Source: Sulfurospirillum sp. (lineage in GTDB: Bacteria; Campylobacterota; Campylobacteria; Campylobacterales; Sulfurospirillaceae). From it: 64,000 bases of DNA. The translations under genes were made by a program, and so were the position numbers. The notes under the pieces were generated by a model that did no database searches, was not told the DNA's origin, and saw only the letters and a list, made by a program, of their open reading frames with translations. The DNA lies in NCBI GenBank assembly GCA_045047115.1, contig JASFYR010000013.1, positions 32,666 to 96,665 on the forward strand. The letters run 5' to 3'. This document shows, in pieces, positions 10,283-20,742 of this stretch; within the stretch, counting starts at the first letter, position 1, and every line of letters starts with the position of its first letter.

Positions 10283-10863
10283 TTTGTTTTACCTTGATAA
10301 TGCTCTAGATTCTTGACTATTTTAGACAAAGGTGAATTTGGATCAATCTGTGCAAATTTGAGTTTTGCTTCAGTAATTTTTCCATTCTTTAACAGATCAA
10401 AACCCTCTTCAAGAAGTGAAAAGCCTTTTAGCAGTTTACTATTTACAACTTTTGAATTTTTCAGTTGTGCTATTTGATACAAAGACAAATCAGATAAAAG
10501 CTCACTGTCTTTATCTTTCGATAAAGTTTCAAGTTTTTCTATATTGTTTGTTTTTATTGCCTCTTTAAAGAGAAAAACCTTATAAAGGCTGGGATTTTTA
10601 TCTTTTAATGTTGCAAGTGCATCTTTGTTGTTTGGGGCTTTACTCAGTGTTTCATAGGCTTCATTTGATATTCTAAGATTTCTATCTTTTAAGATACCAT
10701 ATCCCGTATATCCGATAGCAAACAAAATGATAGCAACAACAGATACTTGAATCTGCCTTTTATACTTCTTGTAAAACCTCTCACCCTTAATAATACTCTC
10801 TAAGAATTGCTCTTCTGCTCCTATTTCTTCTTTGATGCTGTTTATATTTTCTTTTAAACTCAA
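10279..10863 (-). CDS. YfgM-like single-pass TPR-like membrane protein
   Basis: Acidic N-terminus (EEQFLE), basic patch, one TM helix, then a helical periplasmic domain. Confidence 0.55.
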   Translation of the reverse strand: MSLKENINSIKEEIGAEEQFLESIIKGERFYKKYKRQIQVSVVAIILFAIGYTGYGILKDRNLRISNEAYETLSKAPNNKDALATLKDKNPSLYKVFLFKEAIKTNNIEKLETLSKDKDSELLSDLSLYQIAQLKNSKVVNSKLLKGFSLLEEGFDLLKNGKITEAKLKFAQIDPNSPLSKIVKNLEHYQGKTK

Positions 10864-10961
10864 ACTTATTCCTTTAAAACTAGACTTTTATCTTTAAGCA
10901 TATTAATTAAGACGGTATTTTATCATATTATATATAAATTATCTCTTTGTATCAATTTTTT

Positions 10962-10970
10962 TGATATAAT
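10962..10970 (+). promoter_or_regulatory. Extended -10 promoter upstream of gatC
   Basis: TGATATAAT followed by GAGGA SD and ATG at 10996. Confidence 0.6.
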
Positions 10971-10995
10971 ACCAAAAAATTTGAGGATTAGCCAT

Positions 10996-11286
10996 ATGCA
11001 AATAAATGATAAACTTTTAATAAAGCTAGAAAAACTATCTGCCTTGCAAATAGATAGTAACAAGCGAGAAGATGCGATAACAGAGCTAAACAAAATCGTC
11101 GGGTTTGTCGAAATTCTAAATGAACTGGACTTGAGTAATGAAAAAGCAACTTTTACAACACTCAAGGGAGGAACTCCTTTTCGAGAGGATAGTCCTTGTG
11201 TAAATGATGAGATCATTGAGACTGTCTTAAAAAATTCACCAAAAAGTGAAAGTAGGTATTTTGTTGTACCAAAAATTATAGAATAG
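10996..11286 (+). CDS. gatC: Asp/Glu-tRNA amidotransferase subunit C
   Basis: LEKLSALQI...TPFRED...YFVVPKIIE; start moved to the ATG after the GAGGA SD. Confidence 0.93.
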   Translation: MQINDKLLIKLEKLSALQIDSNKREDAITELNKIVGFVEILNELDLSNEKATFTTLKGGTPFREDSPCVNDEIIETVLKNSPKSESRYFVVPKIIE

Positions 11287-11298
11287 AAAGGGCATAAG

Positions 11299-12357
11299 AT
11301 GAATATCAAAGCGCTCCTCAAAAATGTTGTAAATTATAAAGCCTCTGACTTGCATATAGTAAGCAGAAGTGAACCTCAAATCAGGATAGACGGAGCACTT
11401 GTGCCTTTGGATATGGATAAACTTGATGGCGTAACCATAGAAGAGATGTGCTATACACTTCTTAGCGACAAACAGAAAAAAGCACTCGAAGAAGACAGAG
11501 AGCTTGACTTTGCTATTGAATTTCCCGACATCGGTCGTTTTCGTGCAAACTACTACTACACTATGAATGGTGAACTCGCAGCTGCTTTTAGGATAATACC
11601 CATGGATATTCCCTCTCTTGATGACCTTAAATGCCCGCCTATATTTAAAGATTTGATTCTAAGAGAAAAAGGTCTTATACTGGTAACAGGCCCTACGGGA
11701 AGTGGTAAATCTACAACACTGGCTGCACTCTTAAATGAAATAAACTTAAAAGAAAACAAACATATAATAACCGTAGAGGACCCAGTTGAATTTGTTCATT
11801 TAAATAAAAAATCTCTTTTTTCGCATAGAAATGTAGGAACAGATACCAAAAGTTTTGCACAGGGACTTAAATTCTCACTTCGTGAAGACCCGGATATTAT
11901 TCTGGTTGGCGAACTTCGAGATAAGGAGACTATCAGCACAGCTATCACCGCAGCTGAAACAGGACATTTGGTTTTTGCTACAATTCATACAAACTCAGCA
12001 GTTCAAACAGTCAACAGGATAGTTGACAGTTTTGAAGGTGCAGAACAGGTTCAGGTCAGAAATATGCTCTCTACTTCACTCTATGCTGTGATTTCGCAGG
12101 CACTGTTACCAAGAATTGGCAGCGGAAGGGTTGCTGTACATGAGATATTAATCAACAACGCAGCTATATCAAATCTCATCAGAGAGAACAAATTACACCA
12201 AATCTACTCTCAAATGCAGTTAAATCAACAAAAAACAGGAATGATAACCCAAACACAATCTATGATTAAAAATTTAAGGGCAAAAATCATATCCAAAGAC
12301 AATGCCATAAGGTTTTCAACACAACCGCAGGAGCTTATGAATAGTATTGGTATTTAA
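11299..12357 (+). CDS. pilT: Type IV pilus retraction ATPase
   Basis: ASDLH, Walker A GPTGSGKSTT, TVEDPVE, REDPDIILVGE, ETGHLVFATIH and AISNLIRE. Confidence 0.93.
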   Translation: MNIKALLKNVVNYKASDLHIVSRSEPQIRIDGALVPLDMDKLDGVTIEEMCYTLLSDKQKKALEEDRELDFAIEFPDIGRFRANYYYTMNGELAAAFRIIPMDIPSLDDLKCPPIFKDLILREKGLILVTGPTGSGKSTTLAALLNEINLKENKHIITVEDPVEFVHLNKKSLFSHRNVGTDTKSFAQGLKFSLREDPDIILVGELRDKETISTAITAAETGHLVFATIHTNSAVQTVNRIVDSFEGAEQVQVRNMLSTSLYAVISQALLPRIGSGRVAVHEILINNAAISNLIRENKLHQIYSQMQLNQQKTGMITQTQSMIKNLRAKIISKDNAIRFSTQPQELMNSIGI

Positions 12358-12422
12358 TATTTTAACTGTTTCACAGTAAAATTAGGATATACTCTAGTTT
12401 ATATTTTTATAGGAAACACAAA

Positions 12423-13367
12423 ATGAACAAAAATGAACAGATTGCAGGGAAAATTGAAGAAATTGGAAATGAGACATTTACAAAATTAAAAAATCTGCAA
12501 ATTCCTCCTTATCCGAAATATTATCACGATACTTTCATGGACATCTTAACAGATCCTGCCAACAAAGATGTTTTGGACTTATCTAAAAAATACAATTATC
12601 TTTTTTCTACCAGTGATATGGATCCAATCCTGCAGGACAGCTGTTTTCATATAACAAAAGAGAGTGTGTTAGAGTTTGAAAACTCAAATACGGCTTTAAA
12701 AAATATTTCCAATGAAAATATTATTGATATTGACAAAATAAGAAAAGAACCAAGCAATATAGATGCAAAAAAGATACTCCTCAGCTTTGACAGTTTCCAG
12801 AGACAAATAACAAAAGAGCTAGATAATGGAGATAGAACTATTGCCAGATTAAAACTGGAAATTGAAAAATTAGAGAGAGAATCAAACATAGATCCGCTTA
12901 CAAAGACATATAACAGAAGAGTTTTAATAAAAGACTTGGAAGACATACTCGACATAGGCAAAGATAGGAATCTTGATATGCAAATTGTTATGTTTGATGC
13001 AGATGATTTCAAAAACATAAATGATACTTTTGGTCATATAGCAGGTGATAAAACTCTGATTTACATAACAAAACTTATACAAAATTCTGTTAGAAAAGGT
13101 ATAAGAATTTATAGATACGGAGGGGAAGAATTTATAATAATCCTCAACCGCACAGAAGAAGAAGACGGCATAAAAGTAGCGCAAAGAATCATAAAAAATG
13201 CAGATGAAAGCAAACTTCTGTATAAGGGAAACACTATACACTTAACACTCAGTGCCGGTATCTCAAAGCATATAAAAGGCGACACAGCAGAGTCCATAAT
13301 AAACAGAGCAGACAACGCTCTATATATCGCAAAAAAAGCAGGCAAAAACTGCTGTAAAATAGGTTAG
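12423..13367 (+). CDS. Cytoplasmic diguanylate cyclase
   Basis: Coiled coil, DPLT, DADDFKNINDTFGHIAGD and RYGGEEF. Confidence 0.92.
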   Translation: MNKNEQIAGKIEEIGNETFTKLKNLQIPPYPKYYHDTFMDILTDPANKDVLDLSKKYNYLFSTSDMDPILQDSCFHITKESVLEFENSNTALKNISNENIIDIDKIRKEPSNIDAKKILLSFDSFQRQITKELDNGDRTIARLKLEIEKLERESNIDPLTKTYNRRVLIKDLEDILDIGKDRNLDMQIVMFDADDFKNINDTFGHIAGDKTLIYITKLIQNSVRKGIRIYRYGGEEFIIILNRTEEEDGIKVAQRIIKNADESKLLYKGNTIHLTLSAGISKHIKGDTAESIINRADNALYIAKKAGKNCCKIG

Positions 13368-13373
13368 ATTTTT

Positions 13374-13916
13374 ATGGGAAATATTTCACTTTTTGATATC
13401 ATATCTCTTTCACTGATTTTGATTCTAGGAATCAAGGGCATTATAAATGGTTTTATTAAAGAAGTTTTTGGTTTGATAGGAATCGTAGGAGGTATCTTTT
13501 TAGCTTCAAGATATGCCGTGGGAGCGGGAGTTTTCATACAAAACAATTTTTATAATTTTGAAAATAAAGCATCGCTGTACTTGATAGGATTTATAGCTGT
13601 ACTTATCTCATTTTGGATACTTAGTATTTTTTTGGGGTTCATAATTGCAAGACTCCTTAAAATAAGTGGGCTTGGTGGGCTTGATAAACTGCTGGGCTTT
13701 TTTGTCGGTAGCCTAAAGATTTTTTTGGTATTTTCAATCCTTGCTATTGCTCTGTCAAACATAGCCTTTATAAAATCCAGAACCGACAAATATATGAACA
13801 AAAGTTTTATGTATCCAATTTTTATAGAAACTGGGAGATATATTGTCAAATTAGACACAAAGCGTATCGTAGAAAAAGTTGTATCTACAAAAGACAACAA
13901 TTCATCAAAACTATAG
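13374..13916 (+). CDS. cvpA: CvpA family membrane protein
   Basis: GIINGFIKEVFGLIG and LDKLLGFFVG motifs; precedes fur as in Campylobacter. Confidence 0.88.
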   Translation: MGNISLFDIISLSLILILGIKGIINGFIKEVFGLIGIVGGIFLASRYAVGAGVFIQNNFYNFENKASLYLIGFIAVLISFWILSIFLGFIIARLLKISGLGGLDKLLGFFVGSLKIFLVFSILAIALSNIAFIKSRTDKYMNKSFMYPIFIETGRYIVKLDTKRIVEKVVSTKDNNSSKL

Positions 13917-13934
13917 CTCAAGGGATTTACTAAG

Positions 13935-14405
13935 ATGTCTTTTTTAGAAAATATCGAATATGATAATTTAATTGAAGAATTCAAAACAGTTCTTAAAAAA
14001 AACGCACTAAAATTTACAAAACAAAGAGAGATAATCCTTCAGACACTCTATAATTTTCCAGGACACTTCTTGCCGGAGGAATTTTATCTTCTCATAAAAG
14101 AAAATAATCCAAAATCAAATATTGGAATAGCAACCATATATAGAACTTTGAATCTTTTGGAAGACTCTGATATAGTAACAACAATCTCTTTTGGGAAAAA
14201 TGGTAAAAAATATGAGCTTGCCAATAAACCTCATCACGATCATATAATATGTAAAAATTGTGGTTTGATATTGGAATTCGAAGATAAAAATATAGAAAAA
14301 AGGCAAAATGATATAGCCATAAAAAATGGATTTATTTTAACAAATCACATAATGCAACTTTATGGAATATGCCCAAAGTGCCAAAAAAAACAGAATAAAA
14401 AATAA
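13935..14405 (+). CDS. fur: Ferric uptake regulator
   Basis: [23 protein letters not shown] and C-terminal CPKC. Confidence 0.93.
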   Translation: MSFLENIEYDNLIEEFKTVLKKNALKFTKQREIILQTLYNFPGHFLPEEFYLLIKENNPKSNIGIATIYRTLNLLEDSDIVTTISFGKNGKKYELANKPHHDHIICKNCGLILEFEDKNIEKRQNDIAIKNGFILTNHIMQLYGICPKCQKKQNKK

Positions 14406-14425
14406 CTAAACAAAAAGGTAAGAAA

Positions 14426-15931
14426 TTGGTATTTGAAAATCAATACGAACAACAAAGAATACAAAAATCTAACAATCTAAGAGATTTGGGGAAAAACCCA
14501 TATAAACACAATATAAAAAAAGATACTTCAGCACAGGAGTTTTTAGAGAATTATAACTATTTAAAAGACGAAGAGATAAAAAGAGATGAAACAAAATCGC
14601 ACACTCTTGCAGGTAGAATTAAATTTTTAAGACACATGGGTAAGGCAGCTTTCGCCAAGATAGAAGACGAAAGCGGACCGCTTCAAATCTACTTCAATAG
14701 AGATGAAATAGGAACAGAATGGTTCAAAGAGGCCAAAAAACTCATAGAAGTCGGGGATATCATATCTGTAAATGGCTTTCCATTTGTAACAAAAACAGGT
14801 GAATTATCCTTGCATGTAAAGAGTCTTGAGCTTGTGACAAAGTCTATAACGCCTCTGCCTGAGAAATTTCATGGGCTTACAGATATAGAATTAAGATACA
14901 GAAAAAGATATCTGGATATGATAATGAACTCTGAAGTGCGAGAAACTTTTAAATTAAGAAGTAAAGTTGTAAGTACCATCAGACACTTTTTTGAAAATAA
15001 AGGCTTCTTGGAAGTTGAAACTCCCATGATGCACCCTATAGCAGGTGGTGCAAACGCAAAGCCTTTTGTAACCTATCATAATGCTCTTGGAGTTGAAAGA
15101 TTTTTAAGGATTGCGCCTGAACTATATCTAAAAAGACTTGTAGTAGGTGGTTTTGAGTCAGTTTTCGAGATAAATAGAAACTTTAGAAACGAAGGTATGG
15201 ATCTGACTCATAATCCGGAATTTACAATGATCGAGTTTTACTGGGCTTACCATAATTATCATGACCTTATGGATTTGACCGAGAAACTTTTTGATACTCT
15301 TTTGGAAAAATTAGAACTACCAAAACAGCTACAATTTGGTAACATAACGATAGATTTTTCAAAACCTTTTAGAAAAATTTCATTTAAGAATTCTTTGATA
15401 GAGATTGGAGGAGTACCAAGTGATATACTCGAAAGTGCAGAAAAAATCATCGCATATCTAAAGAAAAAAGATATTGATGTAGAGAAAAATCTTCCACTCG
15501 GAAAACTATATGAAGAACTGTTTGATAATTTTGTAGAAGAAGAATTAATAAACCCTACTTATATCATAGACTACCCGATAGAGATTAGTCCCCTGGCTAG
15601 AAGAAATGAAGATAATCCGGACATTGCAGAGAGATTTGAGCTTTTTATAGCTGGTCGGGAAATTGCAAATGGTTTCAATGAGCTAAATGACCCACTTGAC
15701 CAATACGAGAGATTTTTAAAGCAAATAGAAGCAAAAAATGCAGGTGATGATGAAGCCTGTGAGATGGATGAAGACTATGTAAAAGCACTTGGCTATGGAC
15801 TTCCACCAACCGCTGGTGAAGGTCTGGGTGTAGATAGGCTAGTGATGCTTTTGGCAAATCAACAATCCATAAGAGATGTCATTCTCTTTCCGGCTATGAA
15901 GCCATTAAATTGTGAAATCAAAGAGAGTTGA
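14426..15931 (+). CDS. lysS: Lysine--tRNA ligase
   Basis: [23 protein letters not shown] and GLGVDRL motifs. Confidence 0.98.
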   Translation: MVFENQYEQQRIQKSNNLRDLGKNPYKHNIKKDTSAQEFLENYNYLKDEEIKRDETKSHTLAGRIKFLRHMGKAAFAKIEDESGPLQIYFNRDEIGTEWFKEAKKLIEVGDIISVNGFPFVTKTGELSLHVKSLELVTKSITPLPEKFHGLTDIELRYRKRYLDMIMNSEVRETFKLRSKVVSTIRHFFENKGFLEVETPMMHPIAGGANAKPFVTYHNALGVERFLRIAPELYLKRLVVGGFESVFEINRNFRNEGMDLTHNPEFTMIEFYWAYHNYHDLMDLTEKLFDTLLEKLELPKQLQFGNITIDFSKPFRKISFKNSLIEIGGVPSDILESAEKIIAYLKKKDIDVEKNLPLGKLYEELFDNFVEEELINPTYIIDYPIEISPLARRNEDNPDIAERFELFIAGREIANGFNELNDPLDQYERFLKQIEAKNAGDDEACEMDEDYVKALGYGLPPTAGEGLGVDRLVMLLANQQSIRDVILFPAMKPLNCEIKES

Positions 15932-15964
15932 CAAAACAAAAAACACAAATTCTAAGGAGTAAAA

Positions 15965-17212
15965 ATGAGCATATTAAAAGATATAGACCCTATAATTTAT
16001 GATTTAACACAAAAAGAGCTAGAGAGACAGACAGACAATCTTGAAATGATTGCCAGTGAAAACTTTACATATCCAGCTGTCATGGAAGCTATGGGAAGTG
16101 TTTTTACAAACAAATACGCCGAAGGGTACCCAAATAAAAGATACTACGGTGGTTGTGAATTTGCCGATCAGGTTGAGCAATTAGCAATTCAGAGAGCCTG
16201 TGAACTCTTTGGTTGCAAATTTGCAAATGTTCAACCCAACTCAGGAAGCCAGGCAAATCAGGGTGTATATCAAGCACTTTTGAAACCTTATGACAAGCTT
16301 TTAGGTATGGACTTGAGTCAAGGGGGACACCTAACTCACGGCTCAAAAGTAAGCAGTTCGGGAAAGACATACTCTAGCTTCTTTTATGGAGTAGATGAAA
16401 ACGGCAGAATTAACTATGAAAAAGTCAGAGAAATAGCCAAAATAGTCCAGCCAAAGATCATCGTTTGTGGCGCAAGTGCCTATCCCAGAGTGATTGATTT
16501 TGCAAAATTTAGAGAGATAGCTGATGAAGTAGGGGCATACCTTTTTGCTGATATTGCACATTTTGCCGGGCTTGTAGCAGCAGGGGAGCACCCTAGCCCA
16601 TTTCCTTACTGTCATGTAGTAACAAGCACGACTCATAAAACATTAAGAGGTCCTAGAGGCGGACTTATCATGACAAATGATGAAGATTTGGCCAAAAAGA
16701 TAAACAGTGCAATATTTCCCGGCATCCAGGGTGGTCCGTTGGTGCATGTTATAGCAGCAAAAGCAGTTGGGTTTTCTTACAATCTGCAACCTGAGTGGAA
16801 AGAGTATGCCAAAAGTGTCAAAGAAAATGCAAAAGTACTTGCTAATGTTTTGATTAAAAGAGGTTACGATGTAGTAAGCAATGGCACAGACAATCACCTC
16901 ATACTTGTCTCTTTTCTGAATAAAAGCTTTAGCGGAAAAGAAGCAGACATTGCTCTTGGAAACGCAGGAATTACTGTCAATAAAAACACAGTTCCGGGGG
17001 AGACAAGAAGCCCATTTGTAACAAGTGGTGTAAGAATAGGAAGTGCAGCGCTGAGTGCTAGAGGCATGGGAGCAAAAGAGTTCGAGATCATAGCAAACAG
17101 AATCGCCGATGTATTAGATGATATAGAAGATTTAGAGCTACAAAAAAGAGTAAAAAATGAAATGAAAGAGTTAGCTAGTAACTTTGTGATATATGACAGA
17201 CCAACTTACTAG
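15965..17212 (+). CDS. glyA: Serine hydroxymethyltransferase
   Basis: [16 protein letters not shown] and [12 protein letters not shown]. Confidence 0.98.
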   Translation: MSILKDIDPIIYDLTQKELERQTDNLEMIASENFTYPAVMEAMGSVFTNKYAEGYPNKRYYGGCEFADQVEQLAIQRACELFGCKFANVQPNSGSQANQGVYQALLKPYDKLLGMDLSQGGHLTHGSKVSSSGKTYSSFFYGVDENGRINYEKVREIAKIVQPKIIVCGASAYPRVIDFAKFREIADEVGAYLFADIAHFAGLVAAGEHPSPFPYCHVVTSTTHKTLRGPRGGLIMTNDEDLAKKINSAIFPGIQGGPLVHVIAAKAVGFSYNLQPEWKEYAKSVKENAKVLANVLIKRGYDVVSNGTDNHLILVSFLNKSFSGKEADIALGNAGITVNKNTVPGETRSPFVTSGVRIGSAALSARGMGAKEFEIIANRIADVLDDIEDLELQKRVKNEMKELASNFVIYDRPTY

Positions 17213-17220
17213 GAAACAAA

Positions 17221-17763
17221 ATGCACAATATAGATACAACTTTGATTAAAATCAATACTTCCCACTACTGGATTAAAAGGGATAAAATTATACAAAAAAT
17301 TTCTCATAATGGTAGAACTTTTTTTGATAAATTTGAAAAAATTGATGAAAAATTAACAAATCAAATTGTAAAAGAGCATTTGGCGGGTAACATTATTGTT
17401 GCCCACTCTTTGATAAATAAATTTAACAAGGTTGAAAATATTGTCATTGACTATAACGGTAGAAACACCCAAAGATTTTGGCATAGGGCACAGTTATTGC
17501 TTAGAGAAGAGGGATATATAAATTTTACAGCTTATGAGAGTAAAACACCGGGTCATCTGCACCTTTATATCCACAAAGGGCACACTACTTTTGGGGAGGG
17601 TTGTCAGATTGCAAAACTGATCTCTATGAAATTGGCACAAAAAATGCCAAGAGAATGGAAAGTATTCCCAAATACTGATGTACCTAAAGAGTTCAATATC
17701 TTGACACTTCCTTATAAGGTGTATAACAAGGAGAGAGGCGCATCTTGGTCAAAACATATGTAA
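17221..17763 (+). CDS. DUF1882 family protein (primase-polymerase-like fold)
   Basis: IVIDYNG, ESKTPGHLHLY, NILTLPY and ERGASWSKHM; position after glyA as in Campylobacter. Confidence 0.8.
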   Translation: MHNIDTTLIKINTSHYWIKRDKIIQKISHNGRTFFDKFEKIDEKLTNQIVKEHLAGNIIVAHSLINKFNKVENIVIDYNGRNTQRFWHRAQLLLREEGYINFTAYESKTPGHLHLYIHKGHTTFGEGCQIAKLISMKLAQKMPREWKVFPNTDVPKEFNILTLPYKVYNKERGASWSKHM

Positions 17764-17787
17764 GCACTCTAGCAAAAAGGAGATGTG

Positions 17788-18474
17788 ATGGAAAATAAAA
17801 ATGAATTAAGTGATATAGTTTTGGAAAAAGACGACGGAAAAATCCTAAAGGCAAAAAGAGTATTGATAATAATCGCCATATTGATTATACTATTTTTGGT
17901 TGTTATTTTATCCATGAAACTTTTCAACAGTCCTGCCAATAATAAAACATCTGATTTAGTACTGCCTCCAGAACCAACCTCTAATGTGCAAAATATAAAA
18001 AAAAATGAAGAGCTTTTTAAACAGGTTCCTATTATAGAGAAGAACACTACTAAAAAAGACAATTTTGAAAATATTGTTAAAAATCTAAAAGAAAAAGAGA
18101 CAAAAAACAAACAGGCCCCAAAAGTTAAAAACGATGCTCAAATTCAACCTGTTGTAAAACCTCTAACCAAATCAAAAATCACAAAAATTAAACCAAGCAT
18201 TAAAAAAAGCACAGTAAAAACAAAAAAAATACTCACAAAAAATGGAACTTATATCCAAGTAGGTGCCACATCCAAACACAGTCCAAATAAAAAATTTCTT
18301 AATAAAATTTCTTCTCAAAAGTTTCATTATAGGCTGTTACCAATCACAATAAAAGGCAGAAAAATCACCAAAATTTTAATTGGTCCTTTTGATAATCGCA
18401 AAATCGCAAAAGAAAATTTAGCAAAAGTCAAAAAGAATTTTAATAAAAATGCATTTATATATATTGTAAAATAG
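17788..18474 (+). CDS. SPOR-domain cell division protein (DedD/FtsN-like)
   Basis: One TM helix, low-complexity linker, C-terminal YIQVGA...ILIGPF...AFI SPOR domain. Confidence 0.85.
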   Translation: MENKNELSDIVLEKDDGKILKAKRVLIIIAILIILFLVVILSMKLFNSPANNKTSDLVLPPEPTSNVQNIKKNEELFKQVPIIEKNTTKKDNFENIVKNLKEKETKNKQAPKVKNDAQIQPVVKPLTKSKITKIKPSIKKSTVKTKKILTKNGTYIQVGATSKHSPNKKFLNKISSQKFHYRLLPITIKGRKITKILIGPFDNRKIAKENLAKVKKNFNKNAFIYIVK

Positions 18475-18482
18475 GAGTTACT

Positions 18483-19892
18483 TTGTATTTTAAAACTCTT
18501 CTTTTTGACCAATTAACTCCAATTACAATATTTAAAAAATTACAGGAAAAATTTCAAAAGGAACTCTCTTTTCTCTTTGAGAGCGCAATCAACTCTGAAG
18601 AGGGCAACTTTAGTTTTTTATTTATAGGTGCCAGAGAGGAGATTACACATAAGAATCTAAAAAGTTTTTATATTGATGAAACAGGTGAAAAAAAAAGGGT
18701 TGACGACAATCCGTTTGATTTTTTAAAAAAAAGATACAAAGATATTGATACAAATCAATATAAAAAAATAACAAAACAGTTAAATATAGGATTTGCAGAC
18801 GGTTTTATAGGCTATATCGGCTATGACTGTGTTAAAACATTTGAGCCTGTGTTACAAAAGCATATGAATTCTCTCAAAGATGAGATAAATATACCGGACT
18901 TGCATCTTATACGTCCAAAACTGATTTGTGCATTTTCACACAAATCAAACACATTGACACTACTTACTTTTATGCCAGAATTTGGGGAAAAGCTAGATGA
19001 AATAATCAAGCTTTTAAAAGAGCCTCACCAAGACATACCTATAGTAAAAAGCAAGACAGAAGGATGCATAGGAAAATTTGCATTTTCAAAAGACGAGTTT
19101 TTTGATATGGTCAGAAAGTCAAAAGAGATGATTAGAAGTGGTGATGTTTTTCAGATTTTAATGTCAAACAGATATGTAAAATATGCTAAAATCGACAGAC
19201 TCAGTTTTTACAGAATTCTAAGAAACAAAAACCCTTCACCATATATGTTTAATCTGAATTATGGAAAATTCTCAATCATCGGTAGCTCTCCTGAAGTGAT
19301 GGTTGGTTTAAAAAACAACCATATAACACTCAGGCCGATAGCGGGTACCAGGAAAAGAGGTGAAGACTTCCAGAAGGATTTGGAACTAGCCCAAGATCTC
19401 TTAAATGATGAAAAAGAGAGAGCTGAACATCTTATGCTTATAGATTTAGGCAGAAATGATGTAGGCAAAGTTGCAAGCACGGGAAGCGTAAAAGTAAAAG
19501 AGATGATGAGAGTTGAAAGATACTCACATGTGATGCACCTAGTAACTGATATAGAAGCACTCTTAGATAAAAAGTATGATATGTTTGACCTCTTCTCTGC
19601 CACTTTTACAGCCGGGACCATGACTGGCACACCAAAGATAAGAGCAATGGAGCTCATAAGTGAGTTTGAAGGATTAAAAAGAAGTTTTTACAGTGGGGCA
19701 GTCGGGTATTTTGGATTTGACGGAAATATGGATAGCGCTATCTTGATTAGGACAGCATACCTTGATGATGAAAAAATAATCTTTCAAGCTGGTGCTGGCA
19801 TAGTAGCCGACAGCACACCTGAGTATGAATACCAAGAAGTTACAAATAAACTAGCTGCAATGACCAGCTCACTTGATGATTTGAGGATATAG
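18483..19892 (+). CDS. trpE: Anthranilate synthase component I
   Basis: LFESA, NPSPYM, SSPE, PIAGTRKRG, KERAEHLMLIDLGRND and QAGAGIVADS. Confidence 0.88.
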   Translation: MYFKTLLFDQLTPITIFKKLQEKFQKELSFLFESAINSEEGNFSFLFIGAREEITHKNLKSFYIDETGEKKRVDDNPFDFLKKRYKDIDTNQYKKITKQLNIGFADGFIGYIGYDCVKTFEPVLQKHMNSLKDEINIPDLHLIRPKLICAFSHKSNTLTLLTFMPEFGEKLDEIIKLLKEPHQDIPIVKSKTEGCIGKFAFSKDEFFDMVRKSKEMIRSGDVFQILMSNRYVKYAKIDRLSFYRILRNKNPSPYMFNLNYGKFSIIGSSPEVMVGLKNNHITLRPIAGTRKRGEDFQKDLELAQDLLNDEKERAEHLMLIDLGRNDVGKVASTGSVKVKEMMRVERYSHVMHLVTDIEALLDKKYDMFDLFSATFTAGTMTGTPKIRAMELISEFEGLKRSFYSGAVGYFGFDGNMDSAILIRTAYLDDEKIIFQAGAGIVADSTPEYEYQEVTNKLAAMTSSLDDLRI

Positions 19893-19894
19893 AT

Positions 19895-20686
19895 ATAAAA
19901 CTTTTCACCATATTTGGCAATCCTGTTTCACACTCAATCTCGCCACTTTTACATAACAGTGCAATAACCGCTCTAAACTTAGATGCATGCTATACAAGAA
20001 CTATGCTAAAAGACAGCACTAAAATAATAGAAAAATTCAAACAATTAAAATTAGATGGCGCAAATGTAACAGTTCCTCACAAAGAGTATGCATTTAAATT
20101 ATGCGATACAGCAAAAGGCATATCCAAAAAAATAGGGGCTGTAAATACACTAATCAAAGATAAAAACAGAATAATAGGATACAACACAGATGCCCCCGGA
20201 TTTTATGAATCCATAAAATCTTTTACAAACATAAAAAGTGCTCTAATTTTAGGTGCCGGAGGGACGGCAAAAGCTCTGTCTTTTATCCTAAATGACAATG
20301 GCATCAAAACTTCAATCCTCAACAGATCAAGCAGCAGACTTGAATTTTTCATAGACAATGGTTTTGAAACATTTACCCATGAGAGTTTTAAAACCAATAA
20401 ATTTGATCTAATTATCAATACAACTCCCGCAGGATTAAATGATGAAAACCTACCTCTGAAAGCAGAACTACTTAATCTTCTTATGTGTCAATCACAATAT
20501 GCTTTTGATGTTATTTATGGTAGAATTACACCTTTTATAAAATTAGCTAAAAAACACTCCCTTTTATATAAAGATGGCTCCGATATGCTTTTGCTTCAGG
20601 CAGTATTGGCATTTAATCTATTTTACAAAAATGGATTTGATAATAAAATTATAGAAAAAGAGATGAAAAAAGCTTTTAATTTATAG
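19895..20686 (+). CDS. aroE: Shikimate dehydrogenase (probable ATA start at 19895)
   Basis: In-frame upstream extension (I)KLFTIFGNPVSHSISPLLHN restores the conserved N-terminus; NVTVPHK, GAVNT, GYNTD and GAGG motifs. Confidence 0.92.
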   Translation: MKLFTIFGNPVSHSISPLLHNSAITALNLDACYTRTMLKDSTKIIEKFKQLKLDGANVTVPHKEYAFKLCDTAKGISKKIGAVNTLIKDKNRIIGYNTDAPGFYESIKSFTNIKSALILGAGGTAKALSFILNDNGIKTSILNRSSSRLEFFIDNGFETFTHESFKTNKFDLIINTTPAGLNDENLPLKAELLNLLMCQSQYAFDVIYGRITPFIKLAKKHSLLYKDGSDMLLLQAVLAFNLFYKNGFDNKIIEKEMKKAFNL

Positions 20687-20742
20687 TATTTTTAGTACAT
20701 TTACAATAAAATAGAAATCAAAATCTAACATAAAGGAAAAAT

